Origin: an uncultured virus (IMG/VR IMGVR_UViG_3300010051_000002)
Lineage: Duplodnaviria > Heunggongvirae > Uroviricota > Caudoviricetes
Virus record (IMG/VR): IMGVR_UViG_3300010051_000002
Location: 1 to 64,000 of that record
Reading direction: 5' to 3' (one strand)
Length of the DNA stretch: 64,000 nt
Below the pieces are notes generated by a model, which did not search any database, was not told the DNA's origin, and saw only the letters and a list, made by a program, of their open reading frames with translations. How positions within the stretch are numbered: position 1 is the stretch's first letter; each line of letters begins with the position of its first letter. The position numbers and the translations under genes are program-made. Positions 37,942-48,714 of the stretch are shown here, piece after piece.

Positions 37942-39553
37942 GGATTTTGCTTATTTAATTCGTAACGTTCCTTTTTGGATTATTGACAAGCATGAACATA
38001 AGGCACGTTATGAATTATGTGAAGAAGAATATGGTGTTGCTTGTTGCTGTTTTAATCATCTTATCGGTTTACCAAGAAAGGCTGATGATTTTGGGGTTAT
38101 GCAACCCCATCCACTTTATGAATATGAGTGTATTTTATATGATAATTTAATTAACAAAGGTATCAAGTGGCAGTGGGTAAAAAAAGCCACTGGTTTAGGT
38201 ATTACTGAATTTTATCTAAGGTTGATTTTATGGTTCTGTTTCTATGAAGGATTACGTGAAAGATTTAATGAATCGCAGATCTGTATTGTTGTCGGTCCAA
38301 ATTTAGAATTAGGCAAAAAATTAATGACCAGAACCAAAAGGATGTTTAACAATCTTAAAGAAACTCCTAAAATTCCACTTCTTAAGGGTTTTATTTTAGA
38401 TGGTTCTGCAAAAGAAATTGTAGTAAATAACGTTACAATTACAGTATTTCCGAGTAACCACCTTGATGCAATGAGGGGTTTACCCAACGTTTCCTTTATT
38501 TTTATAGATGAAGCTGATTACTTCCCACCTAATGAACAGCTCAATGTTTTAACGGTAACAACCCGTTATGTTGCAAAATCTGATGTATGGATCGCAATGG
38601 TCAGTACTCCAGGTTTACCCGATGGATTGTTTTCAATAATAGAAAACGATAAACATTCCCCATTTGATAAACAATTTTTCGATTATAAATGGGGTATGCA
38701 CTATCATGATGCAGAAATATTTACCCCAAAGATGATCGCAGAAGCAAGACTTCATAGAGCAGGTGATTTTGCAAGGGAGTATGAAAATCAGTATGCTGGT
38801 TTTGCTGGCAATGTTTTTTCTGTGCAGTGGTTATATGAATTACAAAAACGAAGTAAAGATTATGATGTTGTTAAAATTTTAGAGGATGAATTTAATAAAG
38901 AAATTCCTGCATCCTATCAGGAATATATCTATCAGGATGAAGAAGCAGGTGTTTATGTAAAAGATGTTGATACCGCAGCTTTTGAACGATATGCACAAAA
39001 ATACAGTGCTATAAGGTACAAACGTATAATTGGAATAGATCCAGGTCATGTTAGTTCTAAATTCGGGATTGTAATAATACAGATAGATATTGAAACTAAT
39101 GAAATTCAAATTATTTACGAAGCAGAATTTAGTAGTATGCATAGTAATGAAATGATTGATTTTGTTGCATACTTACAAAGAACGTTACATGCTGAAAGAG
39201 TATGTGTAGATAGAGAAGATAGTGATTTTATTCGAGGTTTAAAGGATGAATTAGAAGATTATGAGGATGTAGATTATACCAAATTAACAAAAGCAGAAAT
39301 GAAAATGTATATTGATGCAGGTATGGTTGTTGTTCCGATAACGTTTAACAGACAGAACAAGAGGGCAATGTTATACCATCTTAAGGAGTTAATGTATGGT
39401 GGGTATGTTAAAATTCGTGAAGAGTGCAAAATGATTTATGCAGCATTAGCAAGTATCAAGGTAGATGAAAGTATGATGTTTAAGAAAAAAGATGTACCAC
39501 ATAATGACGCATTAGATGCTTTATTTGTTGGATTATTTTTGGTACACTTTTAA
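37742..39553 (+). CDS. terL: Terminase large subunit
   Basis: Walker A variant KATGLGITE, Walker B FIFIDEA, motif III VSTPG, 'FAREYENQY', nuclease IIGIDPG and HNDALDAL. Confidence 0.93.
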   Translation: MAQQLLQSPPTLPNPNNNEERMEDLYDYLEQVKDSIYKTALQAPLTKQELKEYKEAIQEEKRKNFSRDFAYLIRNVPFWIIDKHEHKARYELCEEEYGVACCCFNHLIGLPRKADDFGVMQPHPLYEYECILYDNLINKGIKWQWVKKATGLGITEFYLRLILWFCFYEGLRERFNESQICIVVGPNLELGKKLMTRTKRMFNNLKETPKIPLLKGFILDGSAKEIVVNNVTITVFPSNHLDAMRGLPNVSFIFIDEADYFPPNEQLNVLTVTTRYVAKSDVWIAMVSTPGLPDGLFSIIENDKHSPFDKQFFDYKWGMHYHDAEIFTPKMIAEARLHRAGDFAREYENQYAGFAGNVFSVQWLYELQKRSKDYDVVKILEDEFNKEIPASYQEYIYQDEEAGVYVKDVDTAAFERYAQKYSAIRYKRIIGIDPGHVSSKFGIVIIQIDIETNEIQIIYEAEFSSMHSNEMIDFVAYLQRTLHAERVCVDREDSDFIRGLKDELEDYEDVDYTKLTKAEMKMYIDAGMVVVPITFNRQNKRAMLYHLKELMYGGYVKIREECKMIYAALASIKVDESMMFKKKDVPHNDALDALFVGLFLVHF

Positions 39554-39562
39554 TTAATTAAA

Positions 39563-40063
39563 TTAAAATTGGTTAGTATCTAAACTGTAAACTTCAGCAT
39601 CAGTATAATATTGCATTTCATATTGATCTTCTGTTTCACGTTCAACCGCTTGAAAGAAATCCTGCTTGTCTTTTGAGTTTATTCTTGGATCTCTTCCTGC
39701 AATCTTTAATGTTTTTTTAGGTGATAGAATTACATCTTGATCCTTCACGATTTTATTATCACAACTTTTGCAGTAGTAAATACCCTGTTCTTTATCTAGA
39801 TGCATGTATACTTTTTTGGTGTAAATATCTTGCAAAATCGGATCTTCTTTCAAATCTTGTTTATCATGAATCTGTTCAGCTAGAAATATTCTGAAAAAAT
39901 TATCAGTACAGTTAACACATACAACTTTATTCTCGTTTTCTTTATTGTCTTTTTCATTAATAAAACCAACTTCAGGTTTTACTGGTTCTAACTCTTCACC
40001 TGCATATCTAAAACCTGCATTTAATTTTTTATTTTCATATTCATTAACTGATAGAATCCCCAT
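39563..40063 (-). CDS. Hypothetical zinc-ribbon protein
   Basis: CVNC...YYCKSC; solitary inverted gene between terL and portal. Confidence 0.6.
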   Translation of the reverse strand: MGILSVNEYENKKLNAGFRYAGEELEPVKPEVGFINEKDNKENENKVVCVNCTDNFFRIFLAEQIHDKQDLKEDPILQDIYTKKVYMHLDKEQGIYYCKSCDNKIVKDQDVILSPKKTLKIAGRDPRINSKDKQDFFQAVERETEDQYEMQYYTDAEVYSLDTNQF

Positions 40064-40110
40064 ATTCAGATAATCTATTAAGTAACAATCTAGTACTTAA
40101 ATTATAAAAT

Positions 40111-42009
40111 ATGGCAACAATAAGTGAGAATGATATTCAGGTTGCAGAATTAGAAAAAGATAAAGATGATAATAGTGAATTTATTGCTTCTGTTATTACC
40201 AACGCATTTAAAGAAACATTTAACACGACTCAAAACCCTAATGATTGGAATCTAAAACATATCTATACAGGTGGTTATAGTCCATTAACAGGACCATCAG
40301 AGCAGGCACAAACACAAACAATTGATTTTAGTACCAATATGTTAACTGCTTCTGCACAGGTTGTAAATCCCAATATTTCAAATCAAAATGCTAACGCAAC
40401 CGTATTTGTTAACGGTGAAGAGATAGTACTTAATGATATTGTTGCAAGGGCAGCAATGCCATATACAAAGGGTTTAAGACGTAGATTTATCAACGCCTTA
40501 ATGTCAGATCCAGTTATAGGTACTGTATTTGGTATCATTACTTTTTATGTTTTCAATGTGGAAAGAAAATCTGTAATCAAACCTATCGGTGATAATAGAA
40601 CTAAAAATTCACAGGAATTAAATGATATTCTAGAAGAAATTATTCCATCAGAAATACAGGATGGATGTATTAACTATCTGGATGATGTTGATACCTATTC
40701 TAGAGTATGGGATTGGTATGCACCTTTATCATTTCAGCATATGCTAACACACGGTACAGGTGGGTTCTTTAAAGAACTGATTAACAATACTGGAATCTTA
40801 AATGAAGAATTGGGTATTGAGATCCCGATTGGTACCCCAGCAGTATTAAAAGAATTAGACCCGATGTATTTTGAAAAAGTTTTCATTCATAGAAAGACAT
40901 TTGGCAATATTTTTCTAGAATATACGGATCAGGGTTTGGAACTTATCGATGATGAAATTTTTAACAATCCAAAAATACCACCTGAAATTGCCAATGAATT
41001 CAAAGGATGGAAGCAGTTAATCATTCGAGATCCAACAAAGAATACTGCCAATGCTGGTAAAAATTTGATGTTACCTGTTAACCAAATGGTAATATTTAGA
41101 AATCAAATGAACATTGCTCCAAATGTGTCATTCTTTGGAGTATCAAAACTTTTCTCAATATTACCAATTTCAGAAATCCAACGAGAATTAAATTATAATG
41201 TAATTCCATCAGTAAATAAGGTCCAATCTCAGGGAAGCTGTATTATCAATACCAAAATTAGATCTGAAGCTAAAAACAAGCAATTAGTTGGGCAGTTAAA
41301 ACAAGGAACAAATTATATTGTTACAAATTCGGAAGGTTTGGATGTAAAGAATATTGCCATTAACGTAGATTTGGCAGGGTTAGCAAAGGAAAGATTCGAC
41401 AACGTTTTAATGGAAATTATGGGATTAAACTACCCTTCACCACTCATAAATTTTGAAGGTGTAACAAATCGTGCAACAATGGACAGTGTACTTACATTCT
41501 TCCAAAATACAAGCCTAGAAGGATTACGTGATATTGTTTCTACTGCAATGAATGATCAATGGTATATACCTAACATGATGTTTTTCTTTAATTATGTATT
41601 ACCTCAATCCAAAGTTGTCAATGAAAGTAAACGAGAAGCAAAGAAATGGAATTATGCCAATCTTAAATTAAAGATCGTAACCGAATTTGAGAAGCTTGAT
41701 TTTAGTTCACTAACAGATAAACTAACAGCATTAAACCCTGTTACTTTTCTTAATGATACAGAGAAAAGAGAATATGTAGGTAAAGATCCTGAAATAGATG
41801 ATCCAGAAGCAGAAAACATTGAGAAGGTTAATACTGAATTAAAAGAAATAGAAGAGGTTAATGCCAATCCTATGAGAGCAGAACAGGACAAAAATAAAGA
41901 AGTAGAAGAAATTAAAAATCAAATGCGTGAAATGATGGAAGCAATTAAAGATCCAAAGGTAAAGCAATTAATGATGCAAAGAATGGCAGATCGTAATTTA
42001 TCATTATGA
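40111..42009 (+). CDS. Portal protein
   Basis: 632 aa after terL; 'DPVIG', 'MLTHGTGGF', 'FFGVSKL', 'IMGLNYPSPLI', 'NRAT', 'LNDTEKREYVG' fit the portal pattern. Confidence 0.85.
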   Translation: MATISENDIQVAELEKDKDDNSEFIASVITNAFKETFNTTQNPNDWNLKHIYTGGYSPLTGPSEQAQTQTIDFSTNMLTASAQVVNPNISNQNANATVFVNGEEIVLNDIVARAAMPYTKGLRRRFINALMSDPVIGTVFGIITFYVFNVERKSVIKPIGDNRTKNSQELNDILEEIIPSEIQDGCINYLDDVDTYSRVWDWYAPLSFQHMLTHGTGGFFKELINNTGILNEELGIEIPIGTPAVLKELDPMYFEKVFIHRKTFGNIFLEYTDQGLELIDDEIFNNPKIPPEIANEFKGWKQLIIRDPTKNTANAGKNLMLPVNQMVIFRNQMNIAPNVSFFGVSKLFSILPISEIQRELNYNVIPSVNKVQSQGSCIINTKIRSEAKNKQLVGQLKQGTNYIVTNSEGLDVKNIAINVDLAGLAKERFDNVLMEIMGLNYPSPLINFEGVTNRATMDSVLTFFQNTSLEGLRDIVSTAMNDQWYIPNMMFFFNYVLPQSKVVNESKREAKKWNYANLKLKIVTEFEKLDFSSLTDKLTALNPVTFLNDTEKREYVGKDPEIDDPEAENIEKVNTELKEIEEVNANPMRAEQDKNKEVEEIKNQMREMMEAIKDPKVKQLMMQRMADRNLSL

Positions 42010-42036
42010 GAAACAGAATAAAAAGGAGTAATCAAA

Positions 42037-42999
42037 ATGGTAGTAGTCAATACGGATCTAATCAAAAAAACCCAAGATATAGAACGAACCAAAGAAAGTC
42101 GAAAAGCACAAAATCTTGAAAGCAAATTACTGATAGATCTCAATACCATTTTAGAATTCATTATAGATAATTTTGATTTTAAAAGCAGTGATTATGTTAC
42201 GCAGCTTGAAAGAATCAGAAAAATAACATACAACCAAACCTATGCAGTCATAAGACATTATTACCAAGAAGCATATCTACTTGGTACAACATTTGTTAAT
42301 GAAATTTTTGTTTCTTCACCATTTTTAACACATTCTGATCTGGATCATATTACAAAACAATCTGATGATTATACAAATCGTTTCTATGGCAGGTTGTTCA
42401 AAGTTTTAAAAAAAGGTAATAAAGAATTTTACAAAAGTTTGTTTAGTAATATAACAAATTCTTCTGCTCTTATCAATGATGATGAACAGATTGAATTGTT
42501 TGCAAAACAGTTAGAAAAAGCATCCAACTATTTGTATACTTCTTTGGCAGTTTTAGTTATATCTGAAGCTCTAAACAGTGCAACCATACAAAAAACTCAG
42601 AAACTATTACAACCAACATTACAACCTTCTAATACATTTACAAGTACATTACAGGCAGGTGAAGCAACAAACAAAATATTACGTGAAGCGTTAGAAGAAG
42701 AGCTAGCAAAAGAAGCAGAACCACCACAATCCACAGGTTTTTTTGTTATACCAATAGGTAATACTCAACCCAATCAATCAAGGAAAAATATACAAAGAAA
42801 AATTAAAGAAATGGACATTTCACAAATGCGTTATAGATGGGTAGCAAGACAGGATGAAAAAACTTGTTTTGAATGTCAGATCTTGGATGGTACAGAATAT
42901 ACAGCAGAAGATAATATACCACAAATTCCTGATGATTCACATTTTAATTGCCGATGCAGGATCGTTGTTGTGTCAGGTTCTGAAATAACTATAGAATGA
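42037..42999 (+). CDS. Minor head morphogenesis protein (Mu gpF/SPP1 gp7-like)
   Basis: C-terminal 'YRWVARQDEKTCFECQILDG...HFNCRCRI'. Confidence 0.85.
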   Translation: MVVVNTDLIKKTQDIERTKESRKAQNLESKLLIDLNTILEFIIDNFDFKSSDYVTQLERIRKITYNQTYAVIRHYYQEAYLLGTTFVNEIFVSSPFLTHSDLDHITKQSDDYTNRFYGRLFKVLKKGNKEFYKSLFSNITNSSALINDDEQIELFAKQLEKASNYLYTSLAVLVISEALNSATIQKTQKLLQPTLQPSNTFTSTLQAGEATNKILREALEEELAKEAEPPQSTGFFVIPIGNTQPNQSRKNIQRKIKEMDISQMRYRWVARQDEKTCFECQILDGTEYTAEDNIPQIPDDSHFNCRCRIVVVSGSEITIE

Positions 43000-43127
43000 C
43001 ACGCTTTAATATGCGATTAACAGAAGCAGATAAGATCCATATACAAACCTTAAAAACACATTTTGGGTTTAAGAAAACTTCAGAATTAATTAGATATATT
43101 TTAACTGTAGAACGAAATAGAAAATAA
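42996..43127 (+). CDS. Ribbon-helix-helix DNA-binding protein (43 aa)
   Basis: Read by eye: MTRFNMRLTEADKIHIQTLKTHFGFKKTSELIRYILTVERNRK; CopG/RHH pattern; below ORF-track cutoff. Confidence 0.75.
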   Translation: MTRFNMRLTEADKIHIQTLKTHFGFKKTSELIRYILTVERNRK

Positions 43128-43150
43128 TTTGCGAAGAAGATCTTCGCAAA
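43128..43150. repeat. 23-bp palindromic element copy 3 (core AGA, opposite orientation)
   Basis: Reverse complement of copies 1-2; begins right after the RHH stop and ends 1 nt before the stop at 43152. Confidence 0.95.
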
Positions 43151-43151
43151 A

Positions 43152-43412
43152 TTATTGTGTTTCTTCAGAATATGGGTTTTTATCGCTGCTCTTAAAAAAG
43201 AAATCCTTAATGTTTCCCTTTAATATACCTGCATCATATCTAACTTCATAACCCTTGACTCCAAGAAATGCTGCAAGACTACCACCAAATTCTTGAAGTT
43301 GGTTGTTAATTTCTTCAAAACTTTCACCACTTACTTCAGAAACAGTTACAAATTTGTCTTTACCTAGTTCTACGTCTAGTTGTATTGCTACATTGTTTAA
43401 TTTTATTGTCAT
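43152..43412 (-). CDS. Hypothetical protein (86 aa)
   Basis: ORF track; solitary minus-strand gene. Confidence 0.6.
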   Translation of the reverse strand: MTIKLNNVAIQLDVELGKDKFVTVSEVSGESFEEINNQLQEFGGSLAAFLGVKGYEVRYDAGILKGNIKDFFFKSSDKNPYSEETQ

Positions 43413-43459
43413 TAAATCAAGCTCACTTTGGAAATAAATAAATCTTTGTAAGATAAGTC

Positions 43460-44023
43460 ATGATCATGGAAATTGAATATTATTCAATCCAAATAGCAGT
43501 AGCTATTTTAATGTGTATTGCAGGAGTGTTTGCGTATACATTGGGTAGATACTATTACAAAGATCAATCTATAAAAAATCTAAATGATTTTCTAAAAACT
43601 TTAGATATTGATCTTGTAATAGAAAAATTAAAGTTTGATCAAAAATTCTGGAAAACAGCAGCGGTTGCAATGGTTGCGTCAGTAGTTATTGTAGCATTAA
43701 TTTACAGTGATATAATAGTACAGATAGTACCTAACGAGCATATTCTAGTAACTGCTTTTAAATTCTTTGCGGTTGGGATTGGTATGAATTTTACGATCAA
43801 TAGTTTGGCAACAGGTGGAAAGTTATCAAGCATATTACAATCTATATTAACCGCATTGTTATCTAATGATTTGAAAGCACAGAGCAAGACACAAGCAGTT
43901 GCTTCTGTTCTTAGGTCAAACAACGTTGTGTGTCATATAGGAAGTAATAATATCAATCCTAACGCTGAAGCAGCAATTTCTGAATCACAACAGACAAGAG
44001 AAACGGTTAAACCTAAAGAATAA
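43460..44023 (+). CDS. Multi-pass membrane protein (holin-like candidate)
   Basis: About three hydrophobic segments. Confidence 0.55.
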   Translation: MIMEIEYYSIQIAVAILMCIAGVFAYTLGRYYYKDQSIKNLNDFLKTLDIDLVIEKLKFDQKFWKTAAVAMVASVVIVALIYSDIIVQIVPNEHILVTAFKFFAVGIGMNFTINSLATGGKLSSILQSILTALLSNDLKAQSKTQAVASVLRSNNVVCHIGSNNINPNAEAAISESQQTRETVKPKE

Positions 44024-44049
44024 ATACAATCCTTTTTTATTTTTAGTTC

Positions 44050-44733
44050 GTGGAACAATCCACAAGTTTTGATTTACAAAAACATTATAATGAAATTACC
44101 ATAAAATATCGTTCTTTTATAAAAGATTTTGACCTGGCAGATTACATTGAATTTAAAAGAATAACTGGTAAAAATCATTGTTTGAAATGTCATTTTCAAA
44201 TTGATGAACCAGTAGAACATCACCAGGCAAAAAAGAAACTATTTGAAATTGTTCTTAATGATGGTAATTATATGGTTGATTCAGAATTAAGGGCAATCAA
44301 AAATAAAGGATGTTTACAGGTTTTTGATAAGGGTGAAAAACAATACCAGTTTGATGTACTGGCTATTAATGTTAGAAATTTAGCAGTACTTTTTGATCAT
44401 GTTGATGGAAAAGTACCAGTATCACATGATTTTTTGAAAGGTATTGAGCATGATATTATATTTGCACTTGAAGCTGATGGAAAACATTCTTGGAAAAAAG
44501 ATCAACTACGTGATAAATTCTTTTTTGAAGAATATGGAATTATTACAGTAAGGTACCCAGTTAGTGATCTTGTAGATTTATATAGAAAACCAAGAAGCAA
44601 ATACGCATCAAAAGCACATATGCGATATTATAACAAAGAAGTAACTGAAGCTTATCTTAATCGCTTAAGCATGCAAGATATTTTGGGCGATGTAAAAGCC
44701 TTGTATAAAAAAAAATATTTGAATAGATATTAA
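44050..44733 (+). CDS. PD-(D/E)XK nuclease, Vsr/DUF559-like
   Basis: 'YQFDVLA...ALEADGKH...KDQLRDKFF...GIITVRY'. Confidence 0.7.
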   Translation: MEQSTSFDLQKHYNEITIKYRSFIKDFDLADYIEFKRITGKNHCLKCHFQIDEPVEHHQAKKKLFEIVLNDGNYMVDSELRAIKNKGCLQVFDKGEKQYQFDVLAINVRNLAVLFDHVDGKVPVSHDFLKGIEHDIIFALEADGKHSWKKDQLRDKFFFEEYGIITVRYPVSDLVDLYRKPRSKYASKAHMRYYNKEVTEAYLNRLSMQDILGDVKALYKKKYLNRY

Positions 44734-46609
44734 ACGATATAATAACTTCTATTATGCATTACATTAAATTCTTCATCAGCAGATAAACCAACTTTCATTT
44801 CTGTTTGGACCATATCAGCAGTTTGGAATGATGATTTCTTTAATGCTTCTTCTAATTGTCTAATTCTTTCCTGCTTAATTCTTAAAACATTTCTTAAATG
44901 ATCCAGTTGAACGAGTAAATACTTGGCTTGGGTTGTTGTATTTTTTTGAAGGTTTTCAATTTCTTTGTTATTTGTTCCGTTATCTAAAAGTATTTTTTCA
45001 TATTCTTCTTCAATTTCCTTATCAGCCTGTGCTGCTGCATTTATAATAATATCTTTTAGCTCATCATTTTTGTTGTTTTCCAGATCATCAAATTTAAAAT
45101 TAGTCATGGCAGGTTACTATGCTGTTTTAATATATTAAGACATTGATCCATTATTTTCTTTGTTTCAGGATTATCTGTTAAATGCTTTCTAATCATGTTT
45201 TTATTGTATAGTTTGTAAATAACATTGTTTAGTAGCAGATCCAGATTAAACGAATTGTTTAAACTTGTGATCATTTGAAAGTATAGCAGATTAGTTTTTA
45301 CAGGATCTTTTTCATTATACAAAATACCGATAATTTTTTTTTCCTTTCTAGTTAGATCTGTTTTAAAAACAGAATAAACAACATGAAATGCTTTATTGCA
45401 TAGGTTACCTGTTGCATTAGCATAGTAATAAAATACTCCTATCTTTTCCTGCTTAGGCGGTTGTTTCATTTTGGAAGATCCCATTCTATTTCAATTACAT
45501 CATAAGAATGGCAAGCTATACATCTAAAAATAGTAGTCCAATTATGTAAGACATAACCACAGTTTTTACATTTAAATGCTCTTTGATTCATTTTGTTCTA
45601 TCTACCTCAATAAATTCATATTTTGCATTGTCAATGTTGAAACTGATCATTGTATCACCATTCATTTCTTCTTTAAATTCAAAATCTGTTACCTTTTCAA
45701 AATCAAACATTACTCTCATTTTATGTCCTTTTTTACTACCATATGGTATAATTTGACTTTCAAGAATTACCGTATTATTATCAACTTTTTTTATTTCAAA
45801 TGATTTGTATTTTGCAAATACATCAAAAATTGGATCTTTCATTTCTTTTTTTCTTTCCTTAATAATTTAGGTGTATTCTTAAGTAAACAAGGAAAACAAA
45901 ATGCTTTACGTTTCTCTTTGCCAATTTTTAAATAATGAACTTCATCACCTTCTATTGTTATTTTACAATCAGTACAGGTTGTTTTTTTAAAACTAGGCAT
46001 TTTAAAATTACATTCGTTGTCTGTCATGTTGGACATTCCGTACCTGTTATAATATTAATATGAGAAATTGATATTACATCTTTATACATATTCTGGTACC
46101 ATTTTGGATCTACCTTTACGGGTTTACCGCATAACTCACATGGGTAAAGATAATACCCATTTTCATCAATTTCACAATCTGGATGTTTTGCCCTTTTAAA
46201 AGTACGTGATCTGTGAGTTGGTCTAACCCTGTTCTTATTCTTTAATGCGTTCATTTTTTTACTGTTAAACCTCATGGTTTGATAATACTATACCAGCGGT
46301 TGCTTCTTCATTTGTAATAAATTTTGTTCCTGCAAAAATAGCGGTATGATCTGCATTACGCCACACTAAAAAATACTGTTCTGAATTTGTATTTTTATCT
46401 TCATGCCCTAATGTTTCAATATGTGTATATAATGAATTGTTCTTTAGGTTTTCCAAAAGCATTACGATCCTCATGTTTTTATCTGAATAGGGTGAAGATT
46501 TGATAATAAAATCCTCAACTTCCTTAGCGGTTGTCTGTTCGGTCATATCAAGCTTAAAAATCATTTTTCTGTCTTTATGATAAAATTTAATTAATATATA
46601 GTTTGTCAT
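44730..46609 (-). other. Cluster of small hypothetical ORFs (44730-45107, 45104-45484, 45588-45842, 45839-46036, 46024-46275, 46265-46609)
   Basis: Co-oriented ORFs with overlapping start/stop codons; two have CxxC motifs. Confidence 0.65.
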
Positions 46610-47287
46610 TTGCTTAGAATGACAAGATCAACGCCTAATCAATCACTTAGTATTTTATTAATAGCAGCGGCAATTTTTGGAATTATTGCAATCACGTTTA
46701 CATTAGATTATGCATTTGGACAGGTGCAAAACGTAACTTCCCCACCTGCTCCTGCTCCTGCACAATTAGAACAGGTAGTTGAAGAGGTACCCGCTATTGC
46801 AGAACAAGCAGATACAAATACAGCATTAACTTCTACTCTAATTCCAATAGTAGGTGCTGTTTCAGCTTATATTGGTGGAAAAACTCTTAAAGACAAGCGA
46901 GATAAAGAAAAGGTTGAAACATATTCAAGTGATACTGTTAAAACCGTTTTTAATCATGTAATGGACAATTATAATGATTTTGCAAATTACTGTAAGGTTA
47001 GGCGTGAGTTTCTTAATTTAAGAGCTAGGGAAGATCTAGCAGCAAAAACTGATTTTGAATTAATGAATATGATAGCAGATCCAGTTATAAAGAAAACATA
47101 CATGCAGATAGAAGCAGAAACATTAGATAGTATCATAGCATGGAATGTTGAATATTATGGTAGTCCATCAACAGATCCAAATATAGTATGTCCAGATCCT
47201 AAAAATAAGATTGCCCGAACAATGACAGAGATTAAGAAATATTCAGTACCAAGTACTGTAAAACCAAGTGCCGAAACCCCACCATAA
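46610..47287 (+). CDS. Secreted/membrane protein
   Basis: Signal-like hydrophobic N-term ending AFGQ, Pro-rich linker, second hydrophobic segment; start may be ATG 46619. Confidence 0.65.
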   Translation: MLRMTRSTPNQSLSILLIAAAIFGIIAITFTLDYAFGQVQNVTSPPAPAPAQLEQVVEEVPAIAEQADTNTALTSTLIPIVGAVSAYIGGKTLKDKRDKEKVETYSSDTVKTVFNHVMDNYNDFANYCKVRREFLNLRAREDLAAKTDFELMNMIADPVIKKTYMQIEAETLDSIIAWNVEYYGSPSTDPNIVCPDPKNKIARTMTEIKKYSVPSTVKPSAETPP

Positions 47288-47328
47288 TTATCAGCATCTT
47301 TAAATCTAGTTACCTTTAATTTCTTTTA

Positions 47329-48195
47329 TTGTCAAATCCATTTCCAAATGAAGATATAGTTCAAGATGATGAACCACAAGAGGTTAAAGATATTTCTAAT
47401 GATGTAAAAGAAGATGAAGGAATAATTAATGATTTTAATAAAAGACCTTCCCCTAATGATGTTGTACTTTTAGGAACTGCTGATGAATTTCATAATGATA
47501 AAAGTAGTTATCTTGTCAAAATGTTTCATGCACATATTAAACCGTATCTATTACATCCAGAAAAACAGTTTATTTTACTTACCAATGATGATATAAACAT
47601 GACAAAATATACTTCTATTTGGGCAAATGATCCAACCAAAGAGAATCTAAAATTTATGGTAGTTGGTCAAAATGATGTAATCGTTAAAGATACAGATATG
47701 CCTAAAATTGTACAGCCTATTGATGCAAGAGCAACCGATTATGATACCGATCCAGTTACAGGAATACAGCATTTCCCTACTAACATACTAAGATATAGCA
47801 ATAATGATTTCTGGAAATCCTCAAAACCATTTGCAGAATTGCCCAATAACAAAAGGGCAATTACAGTTTTATTTAATGGGATGGTCAAAATAAAATATCT
47901 TGGTATAAATTTTGTAGATCCAGAAAAGGCAAAACAAAAGTTTGATATTATATTTAAAACCGATCAAAAAACAGAACTAGGTGAAGATGTTTATTATAAA
48001 GCTGCAACAGATTTTGAAAGCATGGATTTTGACGGTATACAATTAGTTACATTTGACGAAACAATAGTAACTTCTGAAATTGCATTAGATTTTAAATCAG
48101 ATATTGGAGCAATAAATTATGTTATCGCTATAGAACAGGAAATGAAACCTGAAGCCTTAGCAATGTTTTTACATATTAATAGAAACAAGCAATAA
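47329..48195 (+). CDS. Hypothetical protein, possibly degenerate discoidin-like C-terminal domain
   Basis: C-term 'DFWKS...ITVLF...IKYLGINF...FDI' loosely parallels 48197. Confidence 0.45.
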   Translation: MSNPFPNEDIVQDDEPQEVKDISNDVKEDEGIINDFNKRPSPNDVVLLGTADEFHNDKSSYLVKMFHAHIKPYLLHPEKQFILLTNDDINMTKYTSIWANDPTKENLKFMVVGQNDVIVKDTDMPKIVQPIDARATDYDTDPVTGIQHFPTNILRYSNNDFWKSSKPFAELPNNKRAITVLFNGMVKIKYLGINFVDPEKAKQKFDIIFKTDQKTELGEDVYYKAATDFESMDFDGIQLVTFDETIVTSEIALDFKSDIGAINYVIAIEQEMKPEALAMFLHINRNKQ

Positions 48196-48196
48196 C

Positions 48197-48706
48197 ATGG
48201 TAGATCATTGTCATATCAATGTAGAAGAAGAGGAAAAGTTTTTTTTATTTCCAATTAAAAGTATTCAGGCTTCATGCACTTCTGATAAAACAAAATATAA
48301 CGTGCAGAATGTATTAGATACAAGTTATGATAATTGCTGGAATTGTTTGAAGAAGGGCAGTTATATAACACTAGAACCAGATTATACTGCTAAATATCTC
48401 AAAGGAAAGGGAATTAATCAGGTACATATTTCATTTGGTTACGGTCAATCAAGGGTTTATTATTTTCAAATTCAAGCAAGTGACCAAAGAGAAGATAAAT
48501 ATGTAAACCTAACAGGGCAGTTAATGAGTTCTGGAAGAAGTGACGCATTAGAACCATATTATCTTGCAGAAGAAATTAAACCAAAATTTGTTAGAATAGT
48601 TTTTAATGGGAATAACGTTGATGAAACAAATACTGTTTTTACGATTCAACTGGTAAATGCAGAAATGCAGAGTTTTGGCAATTCATATATACCTAATCTA
48701 TCTTAA
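48197..48706 (+). CDS. Discoidin/F5-8 type C (CBM32-like) domain protein
   Basis: 'NVLD...W...GSYITLE...V.ISF..GQSRVYYFQIQASD...SSG...KFVRIVFNGN'. Confidence 0.75.
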   Translation: MVDHCHINVEEEEKFFLFPIKSIQASCTSDKTKYNVQNVLDTSYDNCWNCLKKGSYITLEPDYTAKYLKGKGINQVHISFGYGQSRVYYFQIQASDQREDKYVNLTGQLMSSGRSDALEPYYLAEEIKPKFVRIVFNGNNVDETNTVFTIQLVNAEMQSFGNSYIPNLS

Positions 48707-48714
48707 CATTTTTA

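Noticed and set aside
21526..39553. Inteins or introns in mcm or terL
   Set aside because: Motif spacing is normal, with no intein-type termini or frame breaks; the HNH gene is free-standing.
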